Source: Chrysomallon squamiferum
Lineage: Eukaryota; Animalia; Mollusca
Reading direction: 5' to 3'
Assembly (NCBI GenBank): GCA_012295275.1
Contig: CM022671.1
Location: 32,364,001 to 32,428,000, forward strand
DNA length: 64,000 nt
This document shows, piece by piece, positions 33,962 to 47,300 of the stretch. The number at the start of each line of letters is the position of its first letter. Within the stretch, counting starts at the first letter, position 1. The position numbers and the translations under genes were made by a program. The notes under the pieces were generated by a model. That model saw only the letters and a program-made list of their open reading frames with translations. It searched no databases and was not told where the DNA came from.

Positions 33962-36562
33962 TTAGTTTATGACAAGTCTGTACAGTTCATTCCAGAAATT
34001 ATCGTCGTTTTCCACCTGCCAAGAAAAATGGATTATACTTTTTTCATCGAGTACGGAAAGCAATTCCTCTGGCACCTGCTGAACGGTCATCCCTTCCTCC
34101 CAAAGAACAATCACTCTTGCTGGCATTTGTTTGGATAAAGAAAAAATGGCAGTTCGCATGGCGAAGACACACCACTCGTCTTCAACAAATGCTGGTGTAA
34201 GTATTATAACAGTCTTCCAGCTGGAGTAGAGACATTCGATTATACTTTCAGCCTTTGATCCGCCTGGTAGTATATCTCTTTCTTTGAGACAAAGATTAAG
34301 TTGTCTTCCAGGATGATCTTCCAAATTTGGTCTCATTGTGTGGCACGGCCACTGATATTCAGAATCAGCATGAACGACAAACATATCGTAATTAAAATCA
34401 GTTCTCGTCGGGGAGTGGACGTTTTGTCCAAATAAATTAAGAATCCAGTGTATTATTCGAGTCTTCAGTCGACTGATTAACAGGAAGGAGAGAAAAGTAG
34501 CTAACATCAGAGTCAATCCACATATACCAAAAAATAACCAGAACTTTCCCCAACACATTCTAAGTAATAATTCCATTTCGTTGTACATTATGGTGGTTGA
34601 CGAAATCATACTCTGCTCCGTGATGCAGCTGTAGTTCCTGTCGTTGTCAAAAACGACACTGGTTTCGAACATCCAGAATACAAAATCCATTGCTTCACAT
34701 CCACAAGCAAACACGTTCCCACTTAAATAGATCTTAGTATTAACAGTAGCTTTAGTTTTCTTTTCAAGGGCTTGTCTGAGTTCCTTGTTAAAGTAGCTGA
34801 TGGAGTTAAACGTCAAGTAAAGAGAAGTCAAAGAATCAAGCCTCAAAATTTGTATAGGAAAACTTTTTAATTTATTAAAAGACAAATCGAGCACTTTAAG
34901 ATTTGTATTAGTGATGAAGATATCGGTGGGCAATTGAACGAGATTGTTGTGAGCCAGGTAAAGCTTTTTCAGTTTCACTAAAGGTTTGAATAATCGTTTT
35001 CCGTGCCAAAATATGAACTCATTCTGCAGTGACATGTCCTCCAGAGCTAATTCCTCAAGATTTGGAAGTGTGTCAAACCAGATGTCGGAAATGGAACTCC
35101 CGTCGTTCCCCGATATGTCGAGTTTCTCCAAGTTTTCCAATCCTGTAACAGTTCCAGTGAATTCTGACAAACCCAGAAAAGAAATATCCAGGACTCGCAT
35201 CGAAGACCCGTTTAAAATTGTAGCATTTTGTTTCAAGCTACCTGCGTTTTTTCCTATACCGGATAAATACAACTGTTTCAGTTTGGGTGGCAGTATTATA
35301 AAGAACAGTAGGGTGGGGTTTTTTCCTGTAGCAGATATGTCGTGACGAGAATTAGGATCAAAGTTATTAATTCTTGAATCTCTTGTGCTACGATCCGACA
35401 CTGATGATATCTGATGAGCTCCGAGAATTGAATTGTCTTCCCCGAACTGCTGAGATATATCGATAAAAACAAGACTGGTCATGTGGTGCAATTTAAACAT
35501 TAGAAGAAATAAATTTTGGTCTAATCTGTTTGAAGACAGATCGACATGCTGAATGCAAGTTCCAAACAAAAATCTTGCGTCCACGAGAGTGATAATGTCA
35601 ATAAAAATAACTCTGTTTCGTGATAAATCTATCTTTTCCACGCAGATGTCAGCTAAATACTGAACTACGTCAGACGTGAGAGTCTCATCTTCAATTCTCG
35701 AGACATCTGTTCTGTGGCTGTTAAAGCGTACCCGCGATATGTTTATTTCTGTCATGTTTCTGCCTTTAAAACTGCTCAAAGAACGAAGAGCGTTCGTCAG
35801 TCCAATTTTATTTCCGGGTATTTTCAAACTCGTTAGATCTGGAAAAAACTGAAAAGTTCCGGCCTCCAGATCAAGAAGTAAGCACCATTCCATGATCAGT
35901 TCTTCAATGGGTGACATACGGAAAGAATAAAATGTATTGTTTTTCAGGTAATTCAATGTACACTTAATAACCGTCCCACCTATGTGCAGCAGACGCAAAC
36001 TGCTAAGATGAGTAAATCCTTCGCCAAATAATGGATGAGCAAATGTGTCCATACGTAAAATCTGCAACCGCTGCAGAGGTTTGAATATTCTGTCATCATA
36101 ATCTCCTTCCAGTTTATCGAAATTATCTTCAATGTAAAGCTCCTTCAGCCTAAGTAAAGGTTCAAATACCATTTCTGGATAAGCAGTCATTAACAAAATG
36201 TTTTTATTGAGACGCAAAACAATTAAATTGCCTAACCCTTCAAATGCTTTTACCTCTAGGCTCGATATCTGATTCATGCTAAGATTAAGAGACTGCAAAG
36301 AGTTCAGAGCACTAAAAGAATAATTGCAGACAGTACTAAGTATGTTGTTGCTTAAATCTAATTCAACTGTGTTTGGTGGAATGTCTGACGGAATTGATTT
36401 CAGATTCTGACTTTGACAACTGACTCTGGTCCCATGGACAAAAGGGTCGAAAACACAGGAACATACAGAACAGCACGTGCTTTTGTTATTTACAGAGTGA
36501 CATGAGATAGCTTTAAGATACAGGTTTAACAGCACAATGTAAATAATGTACATGAACATCAT
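33962..36562 (-). CDS. Toll-like receptor (single exon, 866 aa): signal peptide, LRRNT, LRRs, LRRCT, transmembrane helix, TIR
   Basis: LxxLxLxxN repeats, LRRCT NVFACGCEAMDFVFWM...YSC, hydrophobic TM (FWLFFGICGLTLMLATFLSFLLI), TIR box1 YDMFVVH and box2 LCLKERDILPGG. Confidence 0.95.
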   Translation of the reverse strand: MMFMYIIYIVLLNLYLKAISCHSVNNKSTCCSVCSCVFDPFVHGTRVSCQSQNLKSIPSDIPPNTVELDLSNNILSTVCNYSFSALNSLQSLNLSMNQISSLEVKAFEGLGNLIVLRLNKNILLMTAYPEMVFEPLLRLKELYIEDNFDKLEGDYDDRIFKPLQRLQILRMDTFAHPLFGEGFTHLSSLRLLHIGGTVIKCTLNYLKNNTFYSFRMSPIEELIMEWCLLLDLEAGTFQFFPDLTSLKIPGNKIGLTNALRSLSSFKGRNMTEINISRVRFNSHRTDVSRIEDETLTSDVVQYLADICVEKIDLSRNRVIFIDIITLVDARFLFGTCIQHVDLSSNRLDQNLFLLMFKLHHMTSLVFIDISQQFGEDNSILGAHQISSVSDRSTRDSRINNFDPNSRHDISATGKNPTLLFFIILPPKLKQLYLSGIGKNAGSLKQNATILNGSSMRVLDISFLGLSEFTGTVTGLENLEKLDISGNDGSSISDIWFDTLPNLEELALEDMSLQNEFIFWHGKRLFKPLVKLKKLYLAHNNLVQLPTDIFITNTNLKVLDLSFNKLKSFPIQILRLDSLTSLYLTFNSISYFNKELRQALEKKTKATVNTKIYLSGNVFACGCEAMDFVFWMFETSVVFDNDRNYSCITEQSMISSTTIMYNEMELLLRMCWGKFWLFFGICGLTLMLATFLSFLLISRLKTRIIHWILNLFGQNVHSPTRTDFNYDMFVVHADSEYQWPCHTMRPNLEDHPGRQLNLCLKERDILPGGSKAESIIECLYSSWKTVIILTPAFVEDEWCVFAMRTAIFSLSKQMPARVIVLWEEGMTVQQVPEELLSVLDEKSIIHFSWQVENDDNFWNELYRLVIN

Positions 36563-37026
36563 GCTTCGATTAATGCATGGAATATTTTCAGTGCTAAATT
36601 AAATATCAGAAATGAGTACTTTGTCGACTCAAATATATTATTTAATTCAAATGTCGATAAAAATAATTTTTAGGACAATGTCATCTTTTTTGTACAGTAT
36701 CTGATGCATTCAGGGTCGGTTTATGAAAAGCTATGAAGAAGCTGTATTTAATGCCTCCTCGGTAAATGCCAGCAGAGAATAAGCTAAGTTAAAATACTGA
36801 GGCACCTTCAGAATGTTGCAGCTCATTCAGCATATGTTAAATGCCAGGTCTGACTTCATTTAATATAAAATACTTCAGACGTAATTGCCACTGCATTTTC
36901 AAATTGATTTACGATATACAGCTTCCTGTAATGAAAATAGCAATAATGTTAGAATGATTTAAAAAAAAATATTCACAGTTCATTAAGATAATTTTCTGCT
37001 GATTTTTTAAAGCGTAAATACTCGGA

Positions 37027-37079
<53 letters not shown>

Positions 37080-37662
37080 TGATGATGATGATAATAATGA
37101 TAATGATGATGATGATGATGACGACGACGACGATGGTGATAATGATGATGATCTATAAATAAATTAATGATGATGATGATTATGTTAATACAAAAATTAA
37201 AATAATATAAAATGAAATAAAACAAACAAACAAATAAAAAATAAAATAAAAAAATAATCTAAACTGTAGGTTATATTCTATCAAATAACATCTCATATAA
37301 AGCATAATTATATATATATTACAATGCCATCTGGGACAAATATTTTGATAATGAAGATAACGACAAAATGCATATTAACTGTGATGTTCATAGGCACATA
37401 AATGAGTTATCTATTTATTGTATAGATAATGTATATGTTTTACAGCTAGTTGTTCATGGTTATTATTGAAACATTTATGATGACATATGGACTCCAGATT
37501 CATAAAATGTATCATATAAATTACGTTAGGAAACCAACCAAAAAAAAAAAAAAAATTGTGTCTGTCTCTTTGTGAGTGCGTGTGGATGTGTGTGTGTGCG
37601 TGTGTGTGTGTGTTTATATATATATATATATATAGTATTTGGCTGTATATGGGGCATGGGTG

Positions 37663-37795
<133 letters not shown>

Positions 37796-38532
37796 GTTTT
37801 ACTTAATACAAATGTTATAATAATGGATTAGAAAATAAATATGAAAATAGTCAGAAACTTAGAAAAAAGAAAATCAGTACCGGTCTTCAGAAAGGCCAAG
37901 ACTTATTACTTGCAAGTCCGCCCATCCCCTGAAAAAAAAATAAATAAAAATAAAAAGATTTTGTAAAAAAATAAAAAGCACAAAGCTTTGAAATTGCTAA
38001 ATTTATTTTAACTTGCAAACTTAAGTATCATGAGATACGATCAACACTAATACCGATTTAACATAACAATGACCTGTGCTTTGTCTGAAGTGGGCTTTAA
38101 CTTAAAAACGTATGATACTACATGATTTGACTAAAAAGATTAGTCCCTTTATGACTGTGCACATGGAAATTACAGATAAATGAAATAATTTGTGGTTTTA
38201 GCAATATGTTTTAGATATTCAAATTCAAAATTTTAAATATACAAACTGTGACCCTTATAGGACAATAATGCACCCCTTTCAGACAGAGCACTAGGCGTCT
38301 GCAATAGTTGGCCTAATGGTAGCGCCAGAGCTGGTTGTGATATGTAACCCTACATACTGGTTCTATGCGTACCTCCAAAATATTAATTTAAAATAGTTCT
38401 TACCTTTTTAACAAGCAAACTAAGTTTTGTAAATCATATGCAATGAGAACTACGAACAGTCATGAAAATTTGTTTACGGCAGCTGACTGCGTAGCGTAAA
38501 TGACCTTTGTCTTGCATGGCTATTGTAAACTA

Positions 38533-39052
38533 TACTCCTCAAAAAATGTAGTGGAACTTTGATAAGAATTTACAATTTCCAAAATTCTAATGAATATCAA
38601 CTTTGCGGAATGGTTATATGATAATAGTGAATTAATTGGGCAAATATTACAACCGATAGTTCAGTAAGACAGTAGGTTTTATGATCACCAAAATTTTGGG
38701 GGTTTCAAATTTGACATTTATTTTTTATTTTTTATTTTTTTTTTTTATTTATAGTGGGCAGAACAGACTCCCTCAAATGGCCACTGGGAGACTAATATGC
38801 AATATGTTTAGTCGAATGAATGAATATCTTACACATTGCGGTATATCACTCATTACTGATTAAAAATAATAATAATAACAAAATAGTTAAGTTTCGAATT
38901 TCACAATGACCCTAATCGTCCTTCAAGATCTTTGGTGGTCATAAAGCCTCCTGCAGTAATATTTACTTGATTGTTGTCATACAATCATTCCCCACAACTA
39001 AAATTGGCAACAGTAAATTCTTATCAAAGTTCCCCTACTTTTTTAAAGAGTA
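38533..39052. mobile_element. Non-autonomous Tc1/mariner-type MITE (~520 bp) with ~45-50 bp imperfect TIRs
   Basis: Left end TACTCCTCAAAAAATGTAGTGGAACTTTGATAAGAATTTAC; reverse complement of right end TACTCTTTAAAAAAGTAGGGGAACTTTGATAAGAATTTAC. TA precedes the left end; no transposase ORF. Confidence 0.8.
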
Positions 39053-39980
39053 TTTATAGAATCGGGCTTTGTAAGTGGATATACCTCTAACCTATGTGTG
39101 GTATTAGAGGGTAGAAACTAGTCATGCTTGACAAAACGGAAGAAATTATATGTGGAAAATATATTTAGTGATTTGAGTAATGTAATTCTAATTTCCATGG
39201 ACTGACTGTGATTAAGTAAATTTCTTTAATTTCATGCAGACGCATTTCATAATTTAAACTTAAAAATATAGCTTTTTTTTAGTTTGTTTGTTTTTAATTT
39301 TTAATTATAAAAAAGGAACTCATGACAAATGAAAATATACCTCAGTATATTCAACAAATTGGTGGAAGATGCCTTTGGTTTTTCAGAAGTATCCATTCAA
39401 CCTCTTTCGTCTTACTAATTTAAGAACGGTTGAAACGGCAAAATATCCATTACCATTCAGAAAATTTGTAAAAAAAAAATAATAATATTTCAGCTACAAC
39501 TGTGTGAACGGTGTTAAAAAATGTGATTTGTTTAGATGTTAATAAGGTGCTTCTTATGTTTTTAAGTAACGTAATTTAACAGCGCCTCCGATTTGAAGTC
39601 TCTATTTTGCTAAATAGTCAGGAAAAGCATCAGTGAGTTCTTACCTTAAACAAATGTAATGATGATGATCATGATGTAATAAATAAATAAATAAATAAAT
39701 GAATACGAGGCTAGCTGATATTTAAATAAATAATTTGTCATCTTACATTAATATTTAATCATAAGTCATAACTGTTTTTGATTTTAAAAATGTCGTGCCT
39801 GTAAAAAATCTTTTTTGCATCACTGCAAACACGATTGTCGGATAAATAACTGCAGCCAGTTGTTTTTTTTAATCTGTACGACAAACCATATTCGTTCTCC
39901 ACGAACTAATTTTGTTTTCTTTCTTCTTTAAAAATAAAATATTAAAATATTAAATAATTAAATAATTAAATAAATAAATA

Positions 39981-40018
<38 letters not shown>

Positions 40019-40454
40019 AATAAACGTTTTCATAAATAAAGTATTAAATTATTTCGATAGTTAATAATTTACATTAACTCTGTCATTGTTAGATAAAGTA
40101 ATTGATCAAAACAAAACAAAAAAAAAAAAAATAAAAGAAATTAAGAAAAAAAGAAAAAGTCAGCACACTCTATTGTACGAACTTCACTTATATCGATTAC
40201 AAATAAATCTGTAATAAAAATATTTCTGGATCAATGATTGATTGAACCATGCAACATTACATTGATTTTATACGGAAATTATTGTCACAAATTAATTGAA
40301 CAGTTTGTGACATTTGTATAACCAACATCCAAAAAAAAAATATGAGTAATTATTTACAACTGCACAACATTATTTAATAATAATGTTTCTTGGCGTGCTG
40401 AATTATAATTTTACCATGTTAATCTAAGTGGGGGAAATATTTTCCTTCTTTTCC

Positions 40455-41520
40455 TTATTATTATTATTTATACAGCACCTTTTCCATACTAGGTTCAAGG
40501 GTGCTTTACAGTGTAAACTAATAAAATAAAAGAAAAAAAGATAAAACGACATGGATAAAAACATATTAAAATAAATGTAAACATAATAGTGGACATGTTA
40601 AAATGGGTTAAAATAAATGTCACATTTCAAAATTGGATAAGATAATTAATAGACTTGCTTGAACATTTTAAAATTGGAAAAATAAAACATAACTATATAT
40701 CAAAGTGGATTTGAAAGTAAAGGGTCTTTAGCAGTGTTTTGAATGTAGTTGTTATTTCAGCCTCCTTGATGTTGCTTGGCAGTGAGTTCCACAATGTCAG
40801 TGCAACAAAACTGAAACATCTCTGGCTGAATGTAATTGTTCTTATTCTTGATGTTACTAATCTTAATGAATTATGTGATCGTGGAGTGCTACTTGGTCTG
40901 TACATTTACAGCATGTCTTTGCTGTACTCTGGGGAATGATTGTTTAAGATGCTGTACATATGGACCAGGAGCTTATACCTTATCCTACAGTGCACAGGCA
41001 ACCAGTGGAGTTCTTGCAGACCTGGTGATATGTGACTGTGACGTGATGTCCTGGTCACATTGTGTACTGCTGTATTCTGTTTGTTGAACAAGGTTTTGGG
41101 CAAACTATATAGTAGTCCATTGCAATAGTCTAGTTGTGACATCACAAGTCCATTCACCAGTGGTTTTATAGCATCACTGACTCTACTGATCTTCCATAGC
41201 TGAGCAAGCTTGACCAACATATTGCTTTCACTTGATGTTCCACAGTTATTGCAGAATCAAACAAAAATTTCAAAGTTATGGAGTTGATATTTGTAATTGA
41301 TATGAGTCCTTTGAGTTATGTTTAGAAGTGAAAATCATCACTTCAGTCTTGTCAGCATTCAGCTTCAGCATGCTGCAATGCATCCAGGTCTCTGTGTCTT
41401 TGGGGCCATGTTTGATACAGGCCAGTGCATCCTGTTGAATGCCATTGTCTATTGGTTTTAATGCCAGGTATAACTGTGTCGTTGCAGTTGATGGTCTGTT
41501 ATGATGTCACCAAGTGGTTT
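40455..41520 (-). mobile_element. Degenerate 5'-truncated LINE (L2/CR1-group) retrotransposon: RT C-terminal region plus 3' stem-loop tail
   Basis: Frameshifted peptides LVMSQLDYCNGLL, HISPGLQELHWLPVHCRIRYKLL and LWNSLP. The 3' end TGTAAAGCACCCTTGAACC...AAAAGGTGCTGTA is followed by (TAA)n, as expected for L2-type tails. Confidence 0.85.
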
Positions 41521-42389
41521 GGTTATCTTTTTTCTTAATCAGAAAATGAAATGATGATTAAACCTAGTAAGTGCCAATTTGGTTATGTGGGATCTTTCCA
41601 GATAGAAATCTCACTCCACAAATATGTTATGGGACACTGGTTGGGAAGAAAATAAGTAACTCTGTAGTAACACAGTCTTTGTATAATGTAGTAAGCATAA
41701 CCCACAATGACCAGTCCTTAAGCCACAAATTATATTTTACCTGAACCTTCTCATAAACAGCAACATAATTACACCCTTTGATAATGTAGTGATGTTTAAC
41801 TGGATGAAACAGGAAACAGACCAAAGGACACAAGAGAAAGTATTATAAAATATAACTTATCATTCTGTATCTTTTCATGATAATTTTAACACTTGCATAT
41901 AATAGGCCTTATATTTATTATTTAATAGTAATCCTTATTAAGTATTAAACAGTAATAGCTTAGATGTAAGAGTATTCCTTTAACTACTTTTTAATAACAG
42001 AGCTGTAGTTGGAATGGAATAACAATAAATAATGCACATCAAACATTTTAATATATATATTTATATATATAGTTCATTTGAAATTTTTAATTTTGTTTTT
42101 GTTTCTTAGAAGCATAAAAGTTCATTTATTCACTGAAAGATAAACCAGTTCTGGAAACAAAATGGATAAAAATATTGCCTTAGGATATATAAAAGATGAG
42201 TCATCCTGTGCCTCTATTCTAATAATGAGCTGTAAATTACTCCTCATTATCTGTGAAGTGTGACAAACAACAAATATTCAACAGTTGTAATGACAAATGT
42301 CCTCAGGCTCTCTTGTTATTTTGTAATAAGAATTCCTCCTTAGGCTTTAGTGATAACAAAACATAACATGAGTCTACAACTCAAAAAAG

Positions 42390-42466
42390 CAAGGGTGCCA
42401 TTGTTTGACACCCAACAGCCAATACATTTTTTTTTTTGCTGGGGTGTCATGAAACATCCATTCATT
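42390..42466 (+). mobile_element. Probable SINE/LINE 3'-tail fragment (hairpin followed by CATT repeats)
   Basis: Inverted repeat TGACACCC (42406-42413) / GGGTGTCA (42442-42449) followed by catccattcatt. Confidence 0.45.
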
Positions 42467-43228
42467 TAAAGGGGCAAGGGATGGCCACTATCAGATTCAG
42501 GCAAAAATGTGGGGACAATTTTGGCAAAGTAAGATATTTGTACTTGTGGTTTTATCTGGTAAAATGCAAGGCAAATCAACCCTTATGGCCCCCAAAGTCT
42601 AGAGTTTCCTGTCAAAGTTAGAGAGAAATCATAATTCATTAACTATTAAATTAATATATAAATTTAAAATTTGAATTTGTTTATTCATTTAGAAGGTAAA
42701 TTATGTTTTTTTTTTTTTTTTTAATTTGTTTTATTTATTTAGTACTTTAAAAATTCATTTTAGCAACATTACTACAGGTAAACTTTATGCCTTTTAACAT
42801 TAACAGTTTTTGTTATTTATTTTTGTTTTGTCATGTTTTTTTTATTTAAGCAAAATAAAATAGGAACTTTGAGCTCATTAACCTATTGTCATATTCTACT
42901 ATTACCAAAGACTTGCCTCGGTGCTTATCAGCAAAACACTGAGATAAAAGTATTTAAATACTGAAGCTATTTGTCATACCATGTGTGTGTGTGTGTGTGT
43001 GTATATGCGTGTGTGTGTGTCTGTGTGTGTGTGTGTGTTTATTATTGTTACTTTACAGATCTCTAATTTTCAGGTACCAGCAAACAATAGTAACTGACTC
43101 AATATAATTCTAGTTAATTTAAAAATAAATGTAAACTTAAACAGTATTCTTCCTTCAGCTTCACTATCAGTGACAACAAATCATACAGCTTTTGCTTTTA
43201 AATTTATTTATTATTTAATAATTATTTA

Positions 43229-44659
43229 CTATAAGTGATGTGTTTTCTTGTGATAGTCTAAAGATGTTTTCTGAACACAACAAAAAGAACACAGAGGACA
43301 TTTCAATGGCTTTTCACCAGAGTGCAAACACTGATGAGTTTTTAGATTATTTCTGTCTCTGAAAGCTTTTCCACATCCAGAAAAGTCACACACGTATTTC
43401 TTAACACCTTTCTTCTTTGCATCATCTCCGTCCCCAGCAGCTTGTGAAACAGAATGTACCTTTCTTCTGTGATTACCCAAATCCCCTGCAGTTTTAAAAG
43501 CTTTCGAACATGAATTTACTGAACAAACAAACTGTTTTTTATCAGTGTGAATTAACAAATGACGTTTTAATGCAGATGAAGAATAAAATGTTTTGTTACA
43601 TTTATCACAGATCTCAGATTTGCCTCCACCATGTTGTTTAGCTGTGTGTTGATCCAGAGTTCTCTTCTGCTGACAAGTGTAACTACACTGAACACATTTA
43701 AATGACTCACGAAGAGGATTATGCATTGTTTTTGCATGATATTTCAATAATCTCTTACTTTTAGCAATGTATGAACACGCATCACATGGATAAGAATTTT
43801 TTACTTTGTTCCCGTTCTCACTGATCTCATTATCTGAACTGAAAATATTAACCGACTGTTTGATCACAGCTGTTTGTGAACCACAGATTGGTTGGTTAAT
43901 GTCAGGGCAGTTTGTATTTAATAAATAATTTCTTTGAACTGATTTATTTACATTAACAATGATTTGCTCTGGAATTACATCACTATTAGTTGGTATACTG
44001 ACATTCAGAGCTGTATTGTTATTAGGTAATGTACTGTTATCAGTGACAATTTCATTATTATCTTCAGTTTTCCTAATTGCACAATTTACTCTTGAACTTG
44101 CATCTGCTTCATTTTTTCGATAATTTGTATTTATAAATATTTTATCACAGTTCAGAGATCTTTTTACTGCAGAACTGACTGTAGCTATGGAAACACTTCT
44201 CGATTTCCTCTCTTTTGAAATGCCATGCTTTGCAGCTTTGTGTCGAGAGAGAAGTCGTGATGAATTAGCTGCGTATGGACAAATATCACACGTGTAATTC
44301 TTCTTCATCCCATGAGCTTCTTTCAGATGTCTGAACAGCAGTTTCTCTTTACTAAAAGTCTTATCACAAAGACTACATAAAATGGTATCTTCTTCAGTAA
44401 CAATGCTCGAGCTCGGACTGGGAAATGTTATTGCAAGTCGAACATTTTCATCTGTAAATTGATGAGACAAAAACAAATCGCTGCTTGGTGCCATGGATGT
44501 ACTTCCACCATCTTCTTCACATTCCAGACAAAGATCAAGATTACTGGACGCTGAAAGATCAGAGGTGTTGACTTCAGATGAGAAACTAGTGAGAATCAGA
44601 TCTGGGTTATCAAGAATATCTGCAGGACTGCTTAAAACTGAAGGCAAGAACGCATCCAT
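43229..44659 (-). CDS. C2H2 zinc-finger protein (8 fingers; last finger pair resembles the ZFP91/ZNF692/ZNF653 group). Probable start ATG at 44659 in an exon with acceptor at about 44694
   Basis: Eight CxxC/CxxxxC...H...H fingers in two clusters, ending in HSGEKPLKCPLCSFCCVQKTSLDYHKKTH. The ORF-track N-terminus (44812-44695) looks intronic, with a polypyrimidine tract and CAG. Confidence 0.88.
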   Translation of the reverse strand: MDAFLPSVLSSPADILDNPDLILTSFSSEVNTSDLSASSNLDLCLECEEDGGSTSMAPSSDLFLSHQFTDENVRLAITFPSPSSSIVTEEDTILCSLCDKTFSKEKLLFRHLKEAHGMKKNYTCDICPYAANSSRLLSRHKAAKHGISKERKSRSVSIATVSSAVKRSLNCDKIFINTNYRKNEADASSRVNCAIRKTEDNNEIVTDNSTLPNNNTALNVSIPTNSDVIPEQIIVNVNKSVQRNYLLNTNCPDINQPICGSQTAVIKQSVNIFSSDNEISENGNKVKNSYPCDACSYIAKSKRLLKYHAKTMHNPLRESFKCVQCSYTCQQKRTLDQHTAKQHGGGKSEICDKCNKTFYSSSALKRHLLIHTDKKQFVCSVNSCSKAFKTAGDLGNHRRKVHSVSQAAGDGDDAKKKGVKKYVCDFSGCGKAFRDRNNLKTHQCLHSGEKPLKCPLCSFCCVQKTSLDYHKKTHHL

Positions 44660-45817
44660 GCCAAACCTTGATCTGCAGAAATGTTCTTTAGCTCCTGTTG
44701 CAAAATAAATAAATAAATAAATAATATATATACACATATATATATATGTGCATAGATAATAATGAAATAATAATAAATAAAAGTAATAAAAAATAATCAT
44801 CAACTTCACCATGTTTGTAAATATTTGTTAAGTTAATTTTGTTTATCATTATTTACTCTGAAAATTAATGAAAGATGGATGGCTTAACAAATAATACGTT
44901 TTTTTATTATTATTATTATTTTTAAATACATTTCAATTTAATACTGGTTAATACTGTATATATTTTTGGTAAACCTAGTATGTTGAAGTTGTATAAATTT
45001 ATGTAAATATTGAAATTCCTCATGAGTTCCATGTTACAAAGCATGAATTAAAATATTTATATAATTAAAACAAAACTGAACATAAAATAATTTTCATTAT
45101 TTAATGGCCAGTAGGCCTACTTATCTTCCTGATGTAAATTTATTTTGCTGTTGTGTTTTGTACAGACAGGAAACAACAGTAATTTAATAATCAGTATTGA
45201 AATAAAGTCAAATAAAATTGCTATACAATCATAAATTGAATAAAATATTTGTTCACTTATTTGTAAAACACACAGAAATCTGTTTTTAAAATAAAAATGG
45301 AATCTAAAAATTACAAATAGCTTTTCTAAAAAAAAAAAATATATAATAATAATGCTCAGGCTTTATGTAATGTTAATGAAGTCTTCAATATTTTTGTTGA
45401 GTTAACAATGAAAAACTGATAGTGATACTTTCCTTTGCTTTTGGATGTTTTGTGTATATGTGTGTGTGTGTGTATATATATGTATACATACAAACATATA
45501 GGTGAGGAGAGCGAGATTTATAGAAAATATAATTACTATTCATGAGTTACTGCCCCTTAATAGTAATGAAAATGTCTAACATTTTAAAATTTCTCAATAA
45601 TATAGCAATTTACATTTTGTATTTATTTTCTAATATTTTGTTTTCTATATTGTTATTTTTTTCAACTTCTTCTTCTTTGTGTGTATGTGTGTGTGTGCGT
45701 GCATGCGCGCGCGCGTTTACTTAAACAGCATAATGATAATCATCGTATATTACATTCCTGGAACTCTACATTTACTAGGCTTTAGTAGTTTCGCTCGCCA
45801 CTTCCAAATTAATTTAC

Positions 45818-47300
45818 CGTGAAATCCTGATGCTGAAATTTCTTTGTATCAGTAAACACTTATCTCAATCCGGTAGTTTATCTGCTGTGTACGTGCCACA
45901 AGCTATAATACTGTTGAATACTAAAGCAGCTTTTTACATCTTACGAAAGAAGATTGCATAACCCCAAGTGAGTTTCTAATTTGAACATAGTTAACATTTC
46001 ATCAACAACAAAACATAATTGCTTGGTTGCCTATAAAAACGTTTATTATTTTTGAAAAATCAGTGAGTTTTATATATACATATTTGTTAATTAATTGATT
46101 AGTCAGTCAGTCAGTCAATCAATTCATATTTAGTTGTATTTATTATCATAATCATAAATTTACATTTAGAACTACTGGCCATATAAAATCAAATTAAAAT
46201 CTGTACATACATACTGATTAGCTTAATTTTCTGATTTTCGTTTTTCATAAATATATTGCAGTAGAATACTATTAACAACACATAATTATTCTTCCAATTT
46301 ATATGTCTACATGTATAATATTAATTGCATTATGACAACACGGAAGTAAAAATGTTCGGAGACACAGTCATTGAACTTTTTTCGACCATAACATAATAGC
46401 ACCTAGATTCTTCCTCCCAATATAGCCAATTCTATTAGTTTCGATTTTGTTGATAACTTTCGATTACACAGTGCAGGCAATGTAAATATGTAAATCAGTT
46501 CTCTGACTATCCGCATACCAGCAAGCAAGTAGTAATTGATTCAGATATAATACTTGTGAAGCGCCTGAGGATGCAAATAAATAATGCACCCAACTTTTGG
46601 ATGAAAGGGGCAAGATATACATTATCATTATGTGATTATCCTAATTTGCATAAACAATTCCAGTTTGAAATTTAAGTATAATGTGCTGCTAGTGCAATCG
46701 ACAGCTACATCCATCGGGTGGATCCATCCAAGAATACTTGATTTATATATTTGTATTAAACATTGTATTTTTAAATGTTTTTCCATTTCACTTTTTTAAA
46801 GTAATTATTATTACAGTTGTGGTGAATATTTCTGTTGTTACTAGTAATGTAGTTGTATTGTTATTTTAAAACGTTCGAATTTTCTTCTTCTTCTGCTATG
46901 TGACATGCAATTTTTGTTTTGTTGGTTTTTGTTTTTTTAATTATGTTTTATTTTTATTTCGTAACAAGAAACCGGGATTTAAGGTTTAGGGGCACATATT
47001 TGAAGGGTCGAATTAACACAGAAAACGAAACATCTCGAAAACGGTGCAATCTACGACATACGGGCACTAATCAGCCAGAAAGATGGCTGCCGAGTTATGC
47101 GTAAGTTTTGTTTATTAGTAATCAATTTATGTCGTATTGTTGATGACACCGATTTTGATGCAGCAGTAATAATAATAGATAATTTAAAACTATTCTTCCG
47201 TTAAATTATATCATATTAAATTTCTTTCAAGATGCTTTCGTGAAGGGAATATATTGTTTCCGCCATTTTTGATCCACAACATGAAAAAAAATTTACACGT
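45818..47300. promoter_or_regulatory. Putative shared (bidirectional) promoter region for the zinc-finger gene and HUWE1
   Basis: Genes are divergent. The region is relatively CpG-rich, with an ETS-like CGGAAGT (46341), YY1-like AAGATGGC (about 47080) and CGCCATTTT (47261). Candidate non-coding exon donors lie at 47101 (GTAAGT, plus) and about 45817 (GTAAAT, minus). Confidence 0.5.

Noticed and set aside
34986-35345. Plus-strand ORF antisense to the TLR (similar cases at 44493 and 61805)
   Set aside because: Shadow ORFs of real coding sequence with no independent features.
37875-38333. Possible hAT-like MITE (CAG...CTG ends with weak inverted similarity)
   Set aside because: The TIRs are too degenerate and I found no target-site duplication.
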